A stretch of DNA of 63,793 nucleotides, counting the filler, from Octopus bimaculoides (Eukaryota): assembly GCF_001194135.2 (NCBI RefSeq). It is 7 parts of 6 records of this genome, joined end to end, with 100 filler letters (N's around TTAATTAATTAA, not from the genome) between each part and the next. Parts side by side here need not be neighbours in the genome. Positions count along the whole stretch, not along the records: positions 1 to 15,412 come from NC_068986.1; 6 more parts are not named here. One strand, given 5' to 3'. Numbering within the stretch: the stretch's first letter is position 1; every line of letters begins with the position of its first letter. A program made the position numbers and the translations under genes. Under the pieces are notes generated by a model that was not told where the DNA came from, made no database searches, and saw only the letters and a program-made list of their open reading frames with translations. Below are positions 1-10,880 of the stretch, piece after piece.

Positions 1-16
1 CCTAGAACTCTTTTAA

Positions 17-208
17 CCCTTTCGTTACCATATTTCTGTTGAGATGCTCTGAGTTTCTTTCAATTAATTTTAAATATAAAAAAAGAATTTAGTAAAATAG
101 ATTAGTTATCATTCAGCTTATGTAAGGAACATAAATTGTGACTAAGGTTTGGTGGGGAATTTTAATTCAAAACTTCTGAAAACAAAGATCGGATTGGTTT
201 CGAAAGGG
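17..208. mobile_element. piggyBac-type MITE, copy 1
   Basis: TTAA at 13-16 and 209-212 flank ends CCCTTTCGTTACC...GGTTTCGAAAGGG (imperfect TIRs). The interior is AT-rich and non-coding. A near-identical copy follows at 240-460. Confidence 0.75.
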
Positions 209-239
209 TTAAGAATTGTTTCTCTATTATATATTTTAA

Positions 240-460
240 CCCTTTTGTTACCATATTTCTGTTGAGATGCTCTGTGTTTCTTTCAATTAATTTTAAATAT
301 AACAAAGAATTTAGTAAAATAACTTAGTTATCGTTCAGCTAGTGTTAGGAACATAAGTTGTGACTAAGGTTTGGTGGAAGATTTTAATTCAAAACTTATG
401 AAAACAAGACATTTGTACTCAGAGCCAGAGCTGGTTTCAGCCGGGTTGGTATCAAATGGG
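240..460. mobile_element. piggyBac-type MITE, copy 2
   Basis: TTAA at 236-239 and 461-464, with ends CCCTTTTGTTACC...GGTATCAAATGGG. Colinear with copy 1. Confidence 0.75.
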
Positions 461-1197
461 TTAAACAGGATGTGCCTGTAAATTTTTTGTGCATTTTTAA
501 AGAAGACAATATCCTAATGTGTTTGCTTTATATTAAGGACTGGGATCTGGACGTGTATAGAATATCTTCCCTGTTTCATTTTTTAAGATATTTCTACAGA
601 AAAGAAAATATTTAGTATGTTTTTTTTTTGTTTTTTTTTTGCTTCCTTCTGTAAAACCTTATTGTTGTCTTTCAATTCATTGGACATATTGTCATCTTGA
701 TATCTGCTTTATTTTATTTCTGCGGTTGGGAGGGATTGCAACAACAAATCACAACATGGTTTGGATTTTCATCAAATATATCATTAAACGATATATCAAA
801 TATGTTAACCCTTAAACAACAGACATCATCAATTGATGTTTCAAAAATGTGACATGGCGAGAGCCATCATCAGAGAAAAAAGTGAATATTCTATGGCACT
901 TTTCAATAGTGAGATTGTAAATTTTTTTGAGTGAGAGATTAACTATCATTATAGTTTTTGTGAGCGGCTATGTATTATCATAGATTTTTAAAGTGAAAAT
1001 AAGTATAAAAAGGGATTTTTTTTTTTTGGTTTTTGCCCATTTTGCACATACATTTATGCAACCATTTTCTGCCATTTAAGGATTTAATGATATATTAAAT
1101 TATTCCACATTAAGATGTACAGAATGATATATGCAACTATATATTATATTGAATAATTTATTAAATTATATATTATAAATTATTAAATTATAAGTTA

Positions 1198-1735
1198 TAG
1201 TAAATACTGTATTTTAACGTGGATAAGGAACCCCTTAATTTTTGGGGGCTTAAAATTTGTGAAAAAAGTTTTGTAAGGGATTAGGTAAATTTTGGTAAGT
1301 GTACCGGCACTTATCAGGTAATGTGTTTCATTTTTGTGGGGGGAGAGAAGGGGAGAGTGAGAAAGATGGATGAGAGACTATGGATATAATAAGAAAGAAG
1401 GGGCCGTCTATGAAATACAAAAATACAGATTTAACAGTCTCAATGAGCATGAGTAAGGATTGTTTGGCAGATGATTGCCATACGTGATGGCCGCTTTATG
1501 CGCATGCCATTGCTTGATGAACAGAGAGCGACTCATCCAACAGGACGTCGCAACCCATTGGGTGTTGGCCTGAGGCTTGTGATGTTGTAAATCATGGAAA
1601 TCTGAGGTTCAAGGAATTAAGTAATTTATTAATATCTATAATACTATCCATGTATAAGAAACTCCTTTATTTTTTAAGCCTTTGACAAAAAAGGGTTCTT
1701 TATTCACGTTAAAATATGGTAATTTACTACCTGTT
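1198..1735. mobile_element. Degenerate inverted-repeat element (pogo/Tigger-like MITE?)
   Basis: AGTAAATACTGTATTTTAACGTGGATAAGGAACCCC (~1200-1235) matches the reverse complement of ~1690-1730. The TAC(C/T)GTATTT-type terminus is typical of pogo-like MITEs. Confidence 0.4.
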
Positions 1736-2084
1736 TGATTTTCATTGAATATTATAACACATCAAATGTTTCATCAAATATTTATAAAGCATCAAATGTT
1801 TTAAGACTTGTTTTCCTCTGTTGAAAAGGAGGTTAATATTGTGGGGCTCCATGATAAAGAATTAATCATAATCCCTCTGGTTTCTCTCTTGAGGAAGTGT
1901 TTTTTTTTCAGTCAGAAGTCCTTGCTGTCTTGGGCCCTTCTCTTGCAACATATAAGAGTTTGGTGGGTCTATTCTAAAACTGAGGTACACAAAGTAAAGA
2001 TGGAATGATAACTGCAAAGAAATAATTGTGATAAATAATGCTGTGGTTATTTATATATTCTATTTGGTGAGATGGTGTGTGTGT

Positions 2085-2168
2085 GTGTAAATGTAATCGA
2101 CTTGTCCCTCCCCTAAATTTCAGACCTTGTGCCTATAGCAGAAATGATTATTATTATTATTATCATTA

Positions 2169-2202
<34 letters not shown>

Positions 2203-2345
2203 CATGCCAAGGTCGACTTTGTCTTTCATCCTTTTGGGGTCGATAAATTAGGTACCAGTGAAACACTGGGGTCAATGTAATCGACTGGTCTCCACCCACC
2301 AAATTTGAGGCTCTGTGCCTCCAGTAGAAAGGATTATTATCATCA

Positions 2346-2408
<63 letters not shown>

Positions 2409-2560
2409 CACTGAGGTCAACTTTGCCTTTCATCCTTTCTGGGTCGATAAATAAATTCCCTTCTACACAGAGGTCGATGTAATCAGCTGGTCCCACCCAC
2501 CAAATTTCAGGCTTTGTGCCTGTAGTATACAGGATTATTATTATTATTATTATTATTGTT
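2085..2560 (+). mobile_element. Three tandem 3' fragments of SINE family A separated by (ATT)n
   Basis: Repeats of AGGTCGACTTTG(C/T)CTTTCATCCTTT...GGCCTTGTGCCT, each followed by an (ATT)n tail. Confidence 0.85.
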
Positions 2561-2835
2561 GTTGTTGTTGTTGTTGTTGTTGTTTTGAACATTTTCTACT
2601 GCCCCGCCATACACAGTTATGTGTTTTTAGATCTGTTATTAAATTGTATCAGTTTTGCATTATTGTAGGGTTTGGTTTGGTTTGGTTTGGTTTGGTTTGT
2701 TTGTGATGTTATTTTAGTGTTTCATGTGTTGTGTGGTGGATTGTATAATGTGGTGTGTGTGTTTAGTTTGTTGTGTGGTGTTTGTCGCTTGTATGTGCTG
2801 TGTGATTGGCGTTGTTGTTGTTGTTGTTCTTATTA

Positions 2836-3235
2836 AGGTGGTCAGTTGGTAGAAGTGTTTGAACATTGGACTGAATGTCTGGGGCTATTTCTTTCGGATC
2901 TTTATGTTCTGAGTTCAAATTCCGTTGAGGTTGATGTTACCTTACATCCTTCGAGGGACAATAAAACAAGTACCAGTTGTGTGCTGGGGATCAATATAAT
3001 CAACTAACTCCATCCCCTCCTCTTGTGCCAAAATTTGAAACAGTTATTTCTACTTTAATGAAAATAAGTTAACAGTAATCTTTTTGTTCCCTTTGCAATC
3101 ACATGATTTTAGGTTCAATCTCACTGCAAGGCACCTTGGGCATATGTCTGGCCCCAGGCTGATCATTGCTTTATGGATGAATTTGGTTGATGGAAACTGT
3201 AGCAAGCTTGTCATGTATGTGTTTGTGTGTGTGTT

Positions 3236-3276
<41 letters not shown>

Positions 3277-3435
3277 ATTGATGTTACACTTGTCACTCAA
3301 ATTCTTCCAAGGTTGACTTTACTTTTCATCCTTTTGGAGTTGATAAAATAAAGTACCAGCTGACCACTGGGGTCGATGTAATTCACTTACCCTCTCACCT
3401 GAAATTGCTGGCCTTGTGCCAAAATTTGAAACCAC
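2836..3435 (+). mobile_element. Two degenerate SINE family A copies
   Basis: B-box-like CTGAGTTCAAATTCC at ~2910. Family A body at ~2836-3050 and ~3305-3435. Confidence 0.75.
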
Positions 3436-6163
3436 TTCTACACTTTCTTCACACACAATGGGATTCCCATCTACCAAAACCACTTGCAAGGCTTTGATTG
3501 ACATGAGTCAATAGTAGAAGGTGCATGCTCAAGGTGCCATGCAGTNNNNNNNNNNNNNNNNNNNNNNNNNNNNNNNNNNNNNNNNNNNNNNNNNNNNNNN
3601 NNNNNNNNNNNNNNNNNNNNNNNNNNNNNNNNNNNNNNNNNNNNNNNNNNNNNNNNNNNNNNNNNNNNNNNNNNNNNNNNNNNNNNNNNNNNNNNNNNNN
3701 NNNNNNNNNNNNNNNNNNNNNNNNNNNNNNNNNNNNNNNNNNNNNNNNNNNNNNNNNNNNNNNNNNNNNNNNNNNNNNNNNNNNNNNNNNNNNNNNNNNN
3801 NNNNNNNNNNNNNNNNNNNNNNNNNNNNNNNNNNNNNNNNNNNNNNNNNNNNNNNNNNNNNNNNNNNNNNNNNNNNNNNNNNNNNNNNNNNNNNNNNNNN
3901 NNNNNNNNNNNNNNNNNNNNNNNNNNNNNNNNNNNNNNNNNNNNNNNNNNNNNNNNNNNNNNNNNNNNNNNNNNNNNNNNNNNNNNNNNNNNNNNNNNNN
4001 NNNNNNNNNNNNNNNNNNNNNNNNNNNNNNNNNNNNNNNNNNNNNNNNNNNNNNNNNNNNNNNNNNNNNNNNNNNNNNNNNNNNNNNNNNNNNNNNNNNN
4101 NNNNNNNNNNNNNNNNNNNNNNNNNNNNNNNNNNNNNNNNNNNNNNNNNNNNNNNNNNNNNNNNNNNNNNNNNNNNNNNNNNNNNNNNNNNNNNNNNNNN
4201 NNNNNNNNNNNNNNNNNNNNNNNNNNNNNNNNNNNNNNNNNNNNNNNNNNNNNNNNNNNNNNNNNNNNNNNNNNNNNNNNNNNNNNNNNNNNNNNNNNNN
4301 NNNNNNNNNNNNNNNNNNNNNNNNNNNNNNNNNNNNNNNNNNNNNNNNNNNNNNNNNNNNNNNNNNNNNNNNNNNNNNNNNNNNNNNNNNNNNNNNNNNN
4401 NNNNNNNNNNNNNNNNNNNNNNNNNNNNNNNNNNNNNNNNNNNNNNNNNNNNNNNNNNNNNNNNNNNNNNNNNNNNNNNNATCTATTATTATATCCATAG
4501 GCGGATATTTTTAGTATGAAGTGGTAAAGAGTGTGATGTGCTGAAAAAAGAGAGAACAATACTTGAAGTGTAGTTTCATTCCAGTGTACTGGATCTTCCT
4601 AGAAACAGCTGTAAGACTCTATCCATAAAATTCTTCAACCTTACCTTTGCTCTCTTTATCCTTTTGTTTTTATATATTTACAGACACACACGCTAATACA
4701 CGACTTATAATACCCAATCCTGTTCATATAACGATTGGGGCAAACTAATCGGTATACAGCACTTACTCGGTATTATTTGTATCCTCCTGGGTTTGGTTAA
4801 ATCCAATACCCTCCTCAACCTTATATAATGTATATATACACACATATATATATGTATATATGCGCACACACATAAAATTATAGTCTTAAAGGATGATTTA
4901 TTTATTGTTGTTTAACTCTGGTTGAGTGGCTGTCTGTGATGGGGTGGAGGAAGTGGGGAGGCTGCTGATTAAATTAATGTTTAATTGGTGATGTACAGAT
5001 GAACATGCGAAGATGGGTGTGTCTGTGTATGTGTGTGTGTGTGGTGGAGAGCAGTTGGGATTGGGTGGGCTAATGAAGCTGTCCTGATAGCTAGGCTGTA
5101 AAATATATCTCGTTAAAGACAGCAACGAGTTTTGTTGAAATGATGCCGGTTGTTACATTGAATTGGTCAGGTGACCCTGAATTAGTTGTTGTTGTTGTTG
5201 TTGTTGTTCACTTGTTGACTAGTTTTTTTAAAAATATTTTATTCTGTTTATTGATAAACTATTTTATTTTGTGTGCAAGTACATCGTGTGTGTGTGTGTG
5301 TGTGTGTGTGTGTATTAGTGGTGGTCTTTATTTAATTTTGATTGGATCACTACTTAATTACAAAGGAACAGAAAAAGAAAGGTAAAAAGGTGGGGGATTA
5401 AGCAGCAGAAAATGGAGCTGGAGGGGGCAATGCCCCCCCCCCCNNNNNNNNNNNNNNNNNNNNNNNNNNNNNNNNNNNNNNNNNNNNNNNNNNNNNNNNN
5501 NNNNNNNNNNNNNNNNNNNNNNNNNNNNNNNNNNNNNNNNNNNNNNNNNNNNNNNNNNNNNNNNNNNNNNNNNNNNNNNNNNNNNNNNNNNNNNNNNNNN
5601 NNNNNNNNNNNNNNNNNNNNNNNNNNNNNNNNNNNNNNNNNNNNNNNNNNNNNNNNNNNNNNNNNNNNNNNNNNNNNNNNNNNNNNNNNNNNNNNNNNNN
5701 NNNNNNNNNNNNNNNNNNNNNNNNNNNNNNNNNNNNNNNNNNNNNNNNNNNNNNNNNNNNNNNNNNNNNNNNNNNNNNNNNNNNNNNNNNNNNNNNNNNN
5801 NNNNNNNNNNNNNNNNNNNNNNNNNNNNNNNNNNNNNNNNNNNNNNNNNNNNNNNNNNNNNNNNNNNNNNNNNNNNNNNNNNNNNNNNNNNNNNNNNNNN
5901 NNNNNNNNNNNNNNNNNNNNNNNNNNNNNNNNNNNNNNNNNNNNNNNNNNNNNNNNNNNNNNNNNNNNNNNNNNNNNNNNNNNNNNNNNNNNNNNNNNNN
6001 NNNNNNNNNNNNTTTTTTTTTCAAAGATCTTTACCCTCGACTATAATATCAATAAAGAAATCATGAATGTATGTCAACAGTTTTTTAATGAAAATATCTG
6101 CTTCCTTCCTTAACGAATTGTTGTTGTGCTTTCTTACAATAATCAATTTTTGTTATTTCACAC

Positions 6164-6206
<43 letters not shown>

Positions 6207-6212
<6 letters not shown>

Positions 6213-6397
6213 GCCTTTGCACAGCTTCTAACGCTGGAGATGTACTACAGTGTCAGCTGTTCACTACCAATGAACTAAGGTAACACCTCTTAATTTTCGA
6301 GCACCTTCCGGAGTATTCCAGCGGTTCCAAGCAGTGCTGTTTTCTCCAAGTGCTCCACCATTATTGCAGCCCCTATTTGTTCCATGTACTTCTCAAT
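6207..6397 (-). mobile_element. 3' fragment of an R4/Dong-like (REL-endonuclease) non-LTR retrotransposon within (TAA)n
   Basis: The minus strand reads IEKYMEQIGAAIMVEHLEKTALLGTAGILRKVLEN*, matching the QK.A(L/V)LGTA.ILRKVL C-terminus of R4/Dong ORFs. A short 3' UTR follows. (ATT)n lies on both sides (~6165-6203 and ~6398-6425). Confidence 0.7.
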
Positions 6398-6425
6398 CAT
6401 CATTATTATTATTATTATTATTATT

Positions 6426-6752
6426 ACCAGTGTCGCCTTCCTGGCACTTGTGCCGGTGGCACGTGAAAAGACATTCGAGCAAGATTGTTGCCAGTGTCGC
6501 AGGACTGGCTCCTGTGCAGGTGGCACGTAAAATACACCATTGCCAGTACTGCCTGACTGGCCTTCATGCCGGTGGCATGTAAAAGCACCCACTACACTCT
6601 CGGAGTGGTTGGCATTAGGAAGGGCATCCAGCTGTAGAAACTCTGCCAGATCAGATTGGAGCCTAGTGCAGCCATCTGGTTCATCAGTCCTCAGTCAAAT
6701 CGTCCAACCCATGCTAGCATGGAAAGCGGACGTTAAACGATGATGATGATGA
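6426..6752 (+). mobile_element. Dispersed retroposon 3' end, family C (RTE-type tail, (GAT)n)
   Basis: Ends CCATGCTAGCATGGAAAGCGGACGTTAAACGATGATGATG. Related copies lie at ~17000, 19800, 22870-23020(-), 31255-31720(-), 32270-32700(-), 34600-34740, 36290-36440 and 49130-49325. Confidence 0.75.
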
Positions 6753-6944
6753 TTATCATTATTATTCACGTAGCCAACGAAGTGTGTCGTTATTGACCAT
6801 CTCAGCACAAGCAACAAGCAAACATACTCAGCTGAAAAAGAATAAGTAGAAAGTCCACACAGCATGTGTCTAGTGTAAACCCTGGATACAGACTGGAGGT
6901 GTTGTGGGACCATAGGTTGGCTACTGAAGAAGGTACACTTTATT

Positions 6945-7370
6945 TTTAACACCTCCAAATTAATGAAGATATCCATTAACAGTGACATTCTCTCTTTCCA
7001 CTTAGTGACCACCAGTGTAGCTTCCACCAAGCCAGATCCACTGGTGACTTAGTCTTCTATGTCACTTTCCAATGGAGTCTCGCTTTAGAGATGTTTGGCG
7101 AAAGCAATGTTGTTACTCTGGAAATCAGCAAAGCTTTTGACTGTGTCTAATAAGCAAATCTATCAAAGCTTCCTGCCTCTGGGCTTCATCCATCTTTTTT
7201 TCTTTTGGATTAGTAGCGTCGTATCTCACTCATTGTGGAATATGTGGACAGAGCTTTTCTTGCTCCTCTCTCAATCATCTCTGGTGTTCTACAGGGTTTG
7301 GTTTGTCCCCTACTTCCCCCCTTTTATACATCAACGATCCATTTTCCTCCCCACATAGAACAAAGCTCAC
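6945..7370 (+). pseudogene. Degenerate reverse-transcriptase fragment, Jockey/CR1-group LINE
   Basis: Translates to LSDHQCSFHQARSTGDL...FGESNVVTLEISKAFDCV*...ISGVLQG...LYIND. These are RT motifs (DISKAFD, SGVPQG, FIND) carrying stops and frameshifts. Confidence 0.85.
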
Positions 7371-7444
7371 TCTTATGCAAACAATGCAGCCCTTTATTAT
7401 GGTTTATAATATGGTGAGCTTGCAGAGGGGAATCACAATCAGTG

Positions 7445-8001
7445 TAGACCTAAATAGAGGTTTAAGGGCTACCATGAAGTCACTTGGAATGACTCCAAAG
7501 GCCATAGAAACCCTTGCTTTGGATCGAGCTGGATGGCAAACAAAAGTGTGGAGTGAGGTGAAAGCTTTTGAGGAGGCCAGGATGATGCAAGACTTGAGAG
7601 ATTTAAAGAAGAATGTTGTGATCGAGAAGGTGAATCTCAGCGACCTTTTTGTGTGCACAGTTTGTGACAGACCATGCCTTTCTTTTGTTGGGTTCAAAAC
7701 TCATTTGTGGATCCATGAAAAACGAAACTCTACCAACTACACTGCCTATATATCTGTGCACACATTTCAGTACCATGTATGCCATAAGGTCTGCAAATCT
7801 AACAGAGGCCTCAAAAGATATTTTAAAATCCACAAAGATCAGAACTTAGCTGCAACTCTTGGTGGTCCAAACCGGATATGCAATCTATGTGGGTGTCTTT
7901 TCAATAGATTGTGTGGTTTTAAAAGCCACATCAGACGTTATGGTGACCCTAAGGTGTAGGTTCAAGAGGTGGTCAGATTCTGCATAAGGAGGGGACAACC
8001 A

Positions 8002-8004
<3 letters not shown>
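7445..8004 (+). mobile_element. RTE-clade LINE ORF2 C-terminus with three C2H2-like zinc fingers, 3' UTR and (TA)n tail
   Basis: LRATMKSLGMTPKAIETLALDRAGWQTKVWSEVKAFEEAR is an RTE C-terminal motif. It is followed by CTVC...HLWIH, (Y/C)HVCHKVC...YFKIH and CNLC...HIRRY. A second copy of the 3' end lies at 11898-12077. Confidence 0.75.
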
Positions 8005-8058
<54 letters not shown>

Positions 8059-8059
<1 letters not shown>

Positions 8060-8425
8060 TCTCTTACTCTTTTACTTGTTTCAGTCAGGTGACTGTGGCC
8101 ATGCTGGAGCATAGCCTTTTAGTCGAGCAAATCGACCGCAGGACTTATTCTTTGTAAGCCTAGTATATATTCTATCGGTCTCTTTTGCCGAACCACTAAG
8201 TTACGGGGACCTAAACACACCAGCATCGGTTGTCAAGCGATGTTGGGGGGACAAACACAGACACACAAACATACACACGCACATACATATATATACATAT
8301 ATACGACGGGCTTCTTTTAGTTTCCGTCTACCAAATCCACTCACAAAGTGCCACGCTGTGGGACTGAACCCGGAACCATGTGGTTGGTTTGCAAGCTACT
8401 TACCACACAGCCACTCCTACGCCTA
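8059..8425 (-). mobile_element. SINE family B (tRNA head, central microsatellite), near full length with an internal deletion
   Basis: Minus-strand head GTGTGGTAAGTAGCTTGC...CATGGTTCCGGGTTCAGTCCCAC and tail GACTGAAACAAGTAAAAGAGTAAGAG. Shared with many other copies in the window. Confidence 0.9.
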
Positions 8426-9471
8426 TGTGAATATATTATTTAACCGCCTATGTGAATATATTATTTAACCACTGTCATCTTTAGGATAACAGCCATTTCA
8501 CAGCCTTCTTTATGTAACAATAATTTCAGTGTATAAGAAATTATGTTTACATGTCCGAATTAATATGCATGCAATGCATTATAAAATACAATTGTATATT
8601 CTCAAATCAATGCAGATAAAGAAAGCTCATGAGATCACCAGAACATCTTCGTTGCACCAACGATTCAACTCTGCATTGTATTCCTCTGTATTAGATTACG
8701 AAGTAGTCTGTTATCCGAGTCCTTTGGAGGAGCTTTATGTGAAAGCTACACAATTCTGTGAATCCATTACACTACAAATTTATATATAGTTATCCGTTAT
8801 ATGAAGAGTAACTTTGAAAGTATACTTTTGCCACCATGGGTAAAATCAAGAAAATATGATAGAGATTTTCACGTTTACTTTTAGCTTATTATAATACTGA
8901 CTGAAAGTATTTTTGGTTGATATCCCAGAATCTGCTCCGTTCTCTTATTTTCCATCGTTCAGATGTAGAACAATTACGAGCAACTTATTGAATTGGTAGA
9001 GACTTCGTATTTTTGTAAATAAAGAAATTAAAAAGTTTTCATCAGTATAATCGTAATCTGCACACTCAAAAATGGGGCCCTGAAGAATTTCCTAAAAAGA
9101 ATTATTATGAAGACTGTTATAAGGAATCAAAATGGTAAGGAATGAACTCAAAACAGTTCCTGCCTATCTAGCTCTCTGCCTTCATACATTATTTTTTAAT
9201 ATAACAGTCAATAAATGTTACAGAACAGTTTCCTGTCAGATAAGGAGAGGTAATCATCGGACATGGTTGAATGAAAAATTATAAATTGGTCTCTTTGCTT
9301 CTGGAGGCCTGAAGACGCCCAGAGCTGTTATAAGAAATCGGAACGAAATTCATGGATGAAAGAATACAGCCATAGAAGACTGCCATACAAAACATCGCAC
9401 TCAGATACAATCCTGTTTTACTCTCTGACACATTCACATACCTCATGCACACACACACACACACACACACA

Positions 9472-10137
9472 GAGTTCAGGCCAGGAACGAGAGCATGCAC
9501 CCTTGCAGCGCGTCGCTGCATCCACCATTTGTCGGTATTTGCCTCGGGTCGTCCTAGGCAACCTTCTGAGCAATGTTCCGGTCGTCCCCATCTCCGCGAG
9601 ATACTTCATCATCCGCCGTGACCACGTGGCATATGGTTGATTAATCTGAGCCATCACCTCAGCCAAATCCTCAGAGATGAGAAAACGGTAAGCATGATCT
9701 AACTCGGAAAATAAGGCAACATGGCCAAACAGTCTGAGCTGCCTCTTCCGAACCATACAACAGGACGCATCCCAGTTTCCGAAGAGAGTGGTTGGTTGTA
9801 TATAAAATCCTGCCAATGGCAACTCAATATTCCGAAGCGTCCTGATATCAAAGGCTCTCAAGTGACTGCTAAGGGCCCTTGGAGAGTGTCCAAGTCTCAC
9901 AGCTATACAGCAGGACAGGGAGAACCAGAGACATAAAGATCCAAACCTTTATCCTCTTGCTCAGATATCAGTAGTGCCAAAGGTCCTTGTCCAGTGAGTC
10001 CACCACTGCACCAGGACGTTCAAGTTCGTTTTTAGGACTTCGGACTCAAAGCTAATGTTGCTATGGACCACACTGCCGAGATAAGATGAAGCGGTCAACA
10101 AGTTCGACATTCTCACCTGCAACAGATACAGACGTAC
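9472..10137 (-). mobile_element. 5'-truncated RTE-clade LINE (late RT to C-terminus), frameshifted
   Basis: The minus strand reads SVSVAGENVELVDRF.YLGSVVH...KVWIFMSLVLPVLLYSCETWTLS...RQLRLFGHVA...YRQMVDAATRC and ends in (TG)n. Confidence 0.9.
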
Positions 10138-10210
10138 TTTGAGGAGCTGTATAAACTGGACCCGCTTAATAATGTTCTGAATACCGCGATGCTTTCAACA
10201 CTGGCAGCCG

Positions 10211-10246
<36 letters not shown>

Positions 10247-10672
10247 AATATTGGCAGCGAATTAACAGAGGTGGTAGTGCGCCAGACAAAATTCTTGTAG
10301 TTGTTTCGCTTCGAGTTCTGATTTCTCAGGTCCGAGTGGCAGCGCTGCCCAAGTTATTGAATAATAAAAAAACATATTTAATCCACGGTCGGCTCTCGCC
10401 CACCATCCCACCACATATACACACATTAACCAAAATACCCGACGTTGCTCGGAGTAAAGAAGGCAGAGAATAAGGGCTGTTGTGAATCAACAGTCGCACA
10501 GAGACGACATTATTATCTGCAGACACTGTTTAAGGAAAAAGAAGAAGAAAAAAAAAACAAAGAAAAAAAGAAAGAAAGCTACAAGCTATTCCAATGATTT
10601 GCACTGGCCATGGACTGTAAATTTATTATTTTCCAAAAATTTCCTTGAGTTTTAAGCAGAGGAAATTACAGT

Positions 10673-10880
10673 TCAGTTCTATATTTGAGAGATGAGGAAT
10701 TACGTATATTATTTATATTATTTACATTTGATGGATATTTGTCGGCTGATATACTCTCCAACCTTCAGCAGCCTTCTTCAGCCTTCGAAAATTCTCCAAG
10801 ACACCTGATGAAGGCTGGAGAATATATCAGCCGAAACGTTGTGTTAACAACAATCAAGATAAGGACAAATGTAAATAATT
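10673..10880. mobile_element. Penelope-like terminal repeat in two oppositely oriented partial copies
   Basis: The plus copy (~10795-10880) carries a hammerhead core. The minus copy (~10673-10771) is 27/30 identical over the core but has lost GAAAC. A further tail fragment lies at 15513-15555. Confidence 0.65.
10800..10845 (+). ncRNA. Minimal type-I hammerhead ribozyme motif (Penelope-like)
   Basis: GACAC (10800-04), CTGATGA (10805-11), A, GGCTG (10813-17), 10-nt loop, CAGCC (10828-32), GAA (10833-35), ACGT (10836-39), T (10840, H17), GTGTT (10841-45). Stem I is GACAC/GTGTT, stem II is GGCTG/CAGCC, and stem III is a palindrome. Confidence 0.8.

Noticed and set aside
815-880. Minus-strand CTGATGA-TGGC/GCCA hairpin...GAAACATCA...TGATGTC resembling a hammerhead
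   Set aside because: There is a 12-nt insertion between stem II and GAAA and no stem I pairing. Probably coincidental.
3449-6113. Long ORFs of 200-360 aa here and at 12717, 14358, 43088, 50059 and 51709
   Set aside because: They consist mainly of X from N gaps.
7640-7960. Host C2H2 zinc-finger gene
   Set aside because: The fingers are continuous with an RTE ORF2 tail and 3' UTR, are duplicated at 11898, and lack TGEKP linkers.
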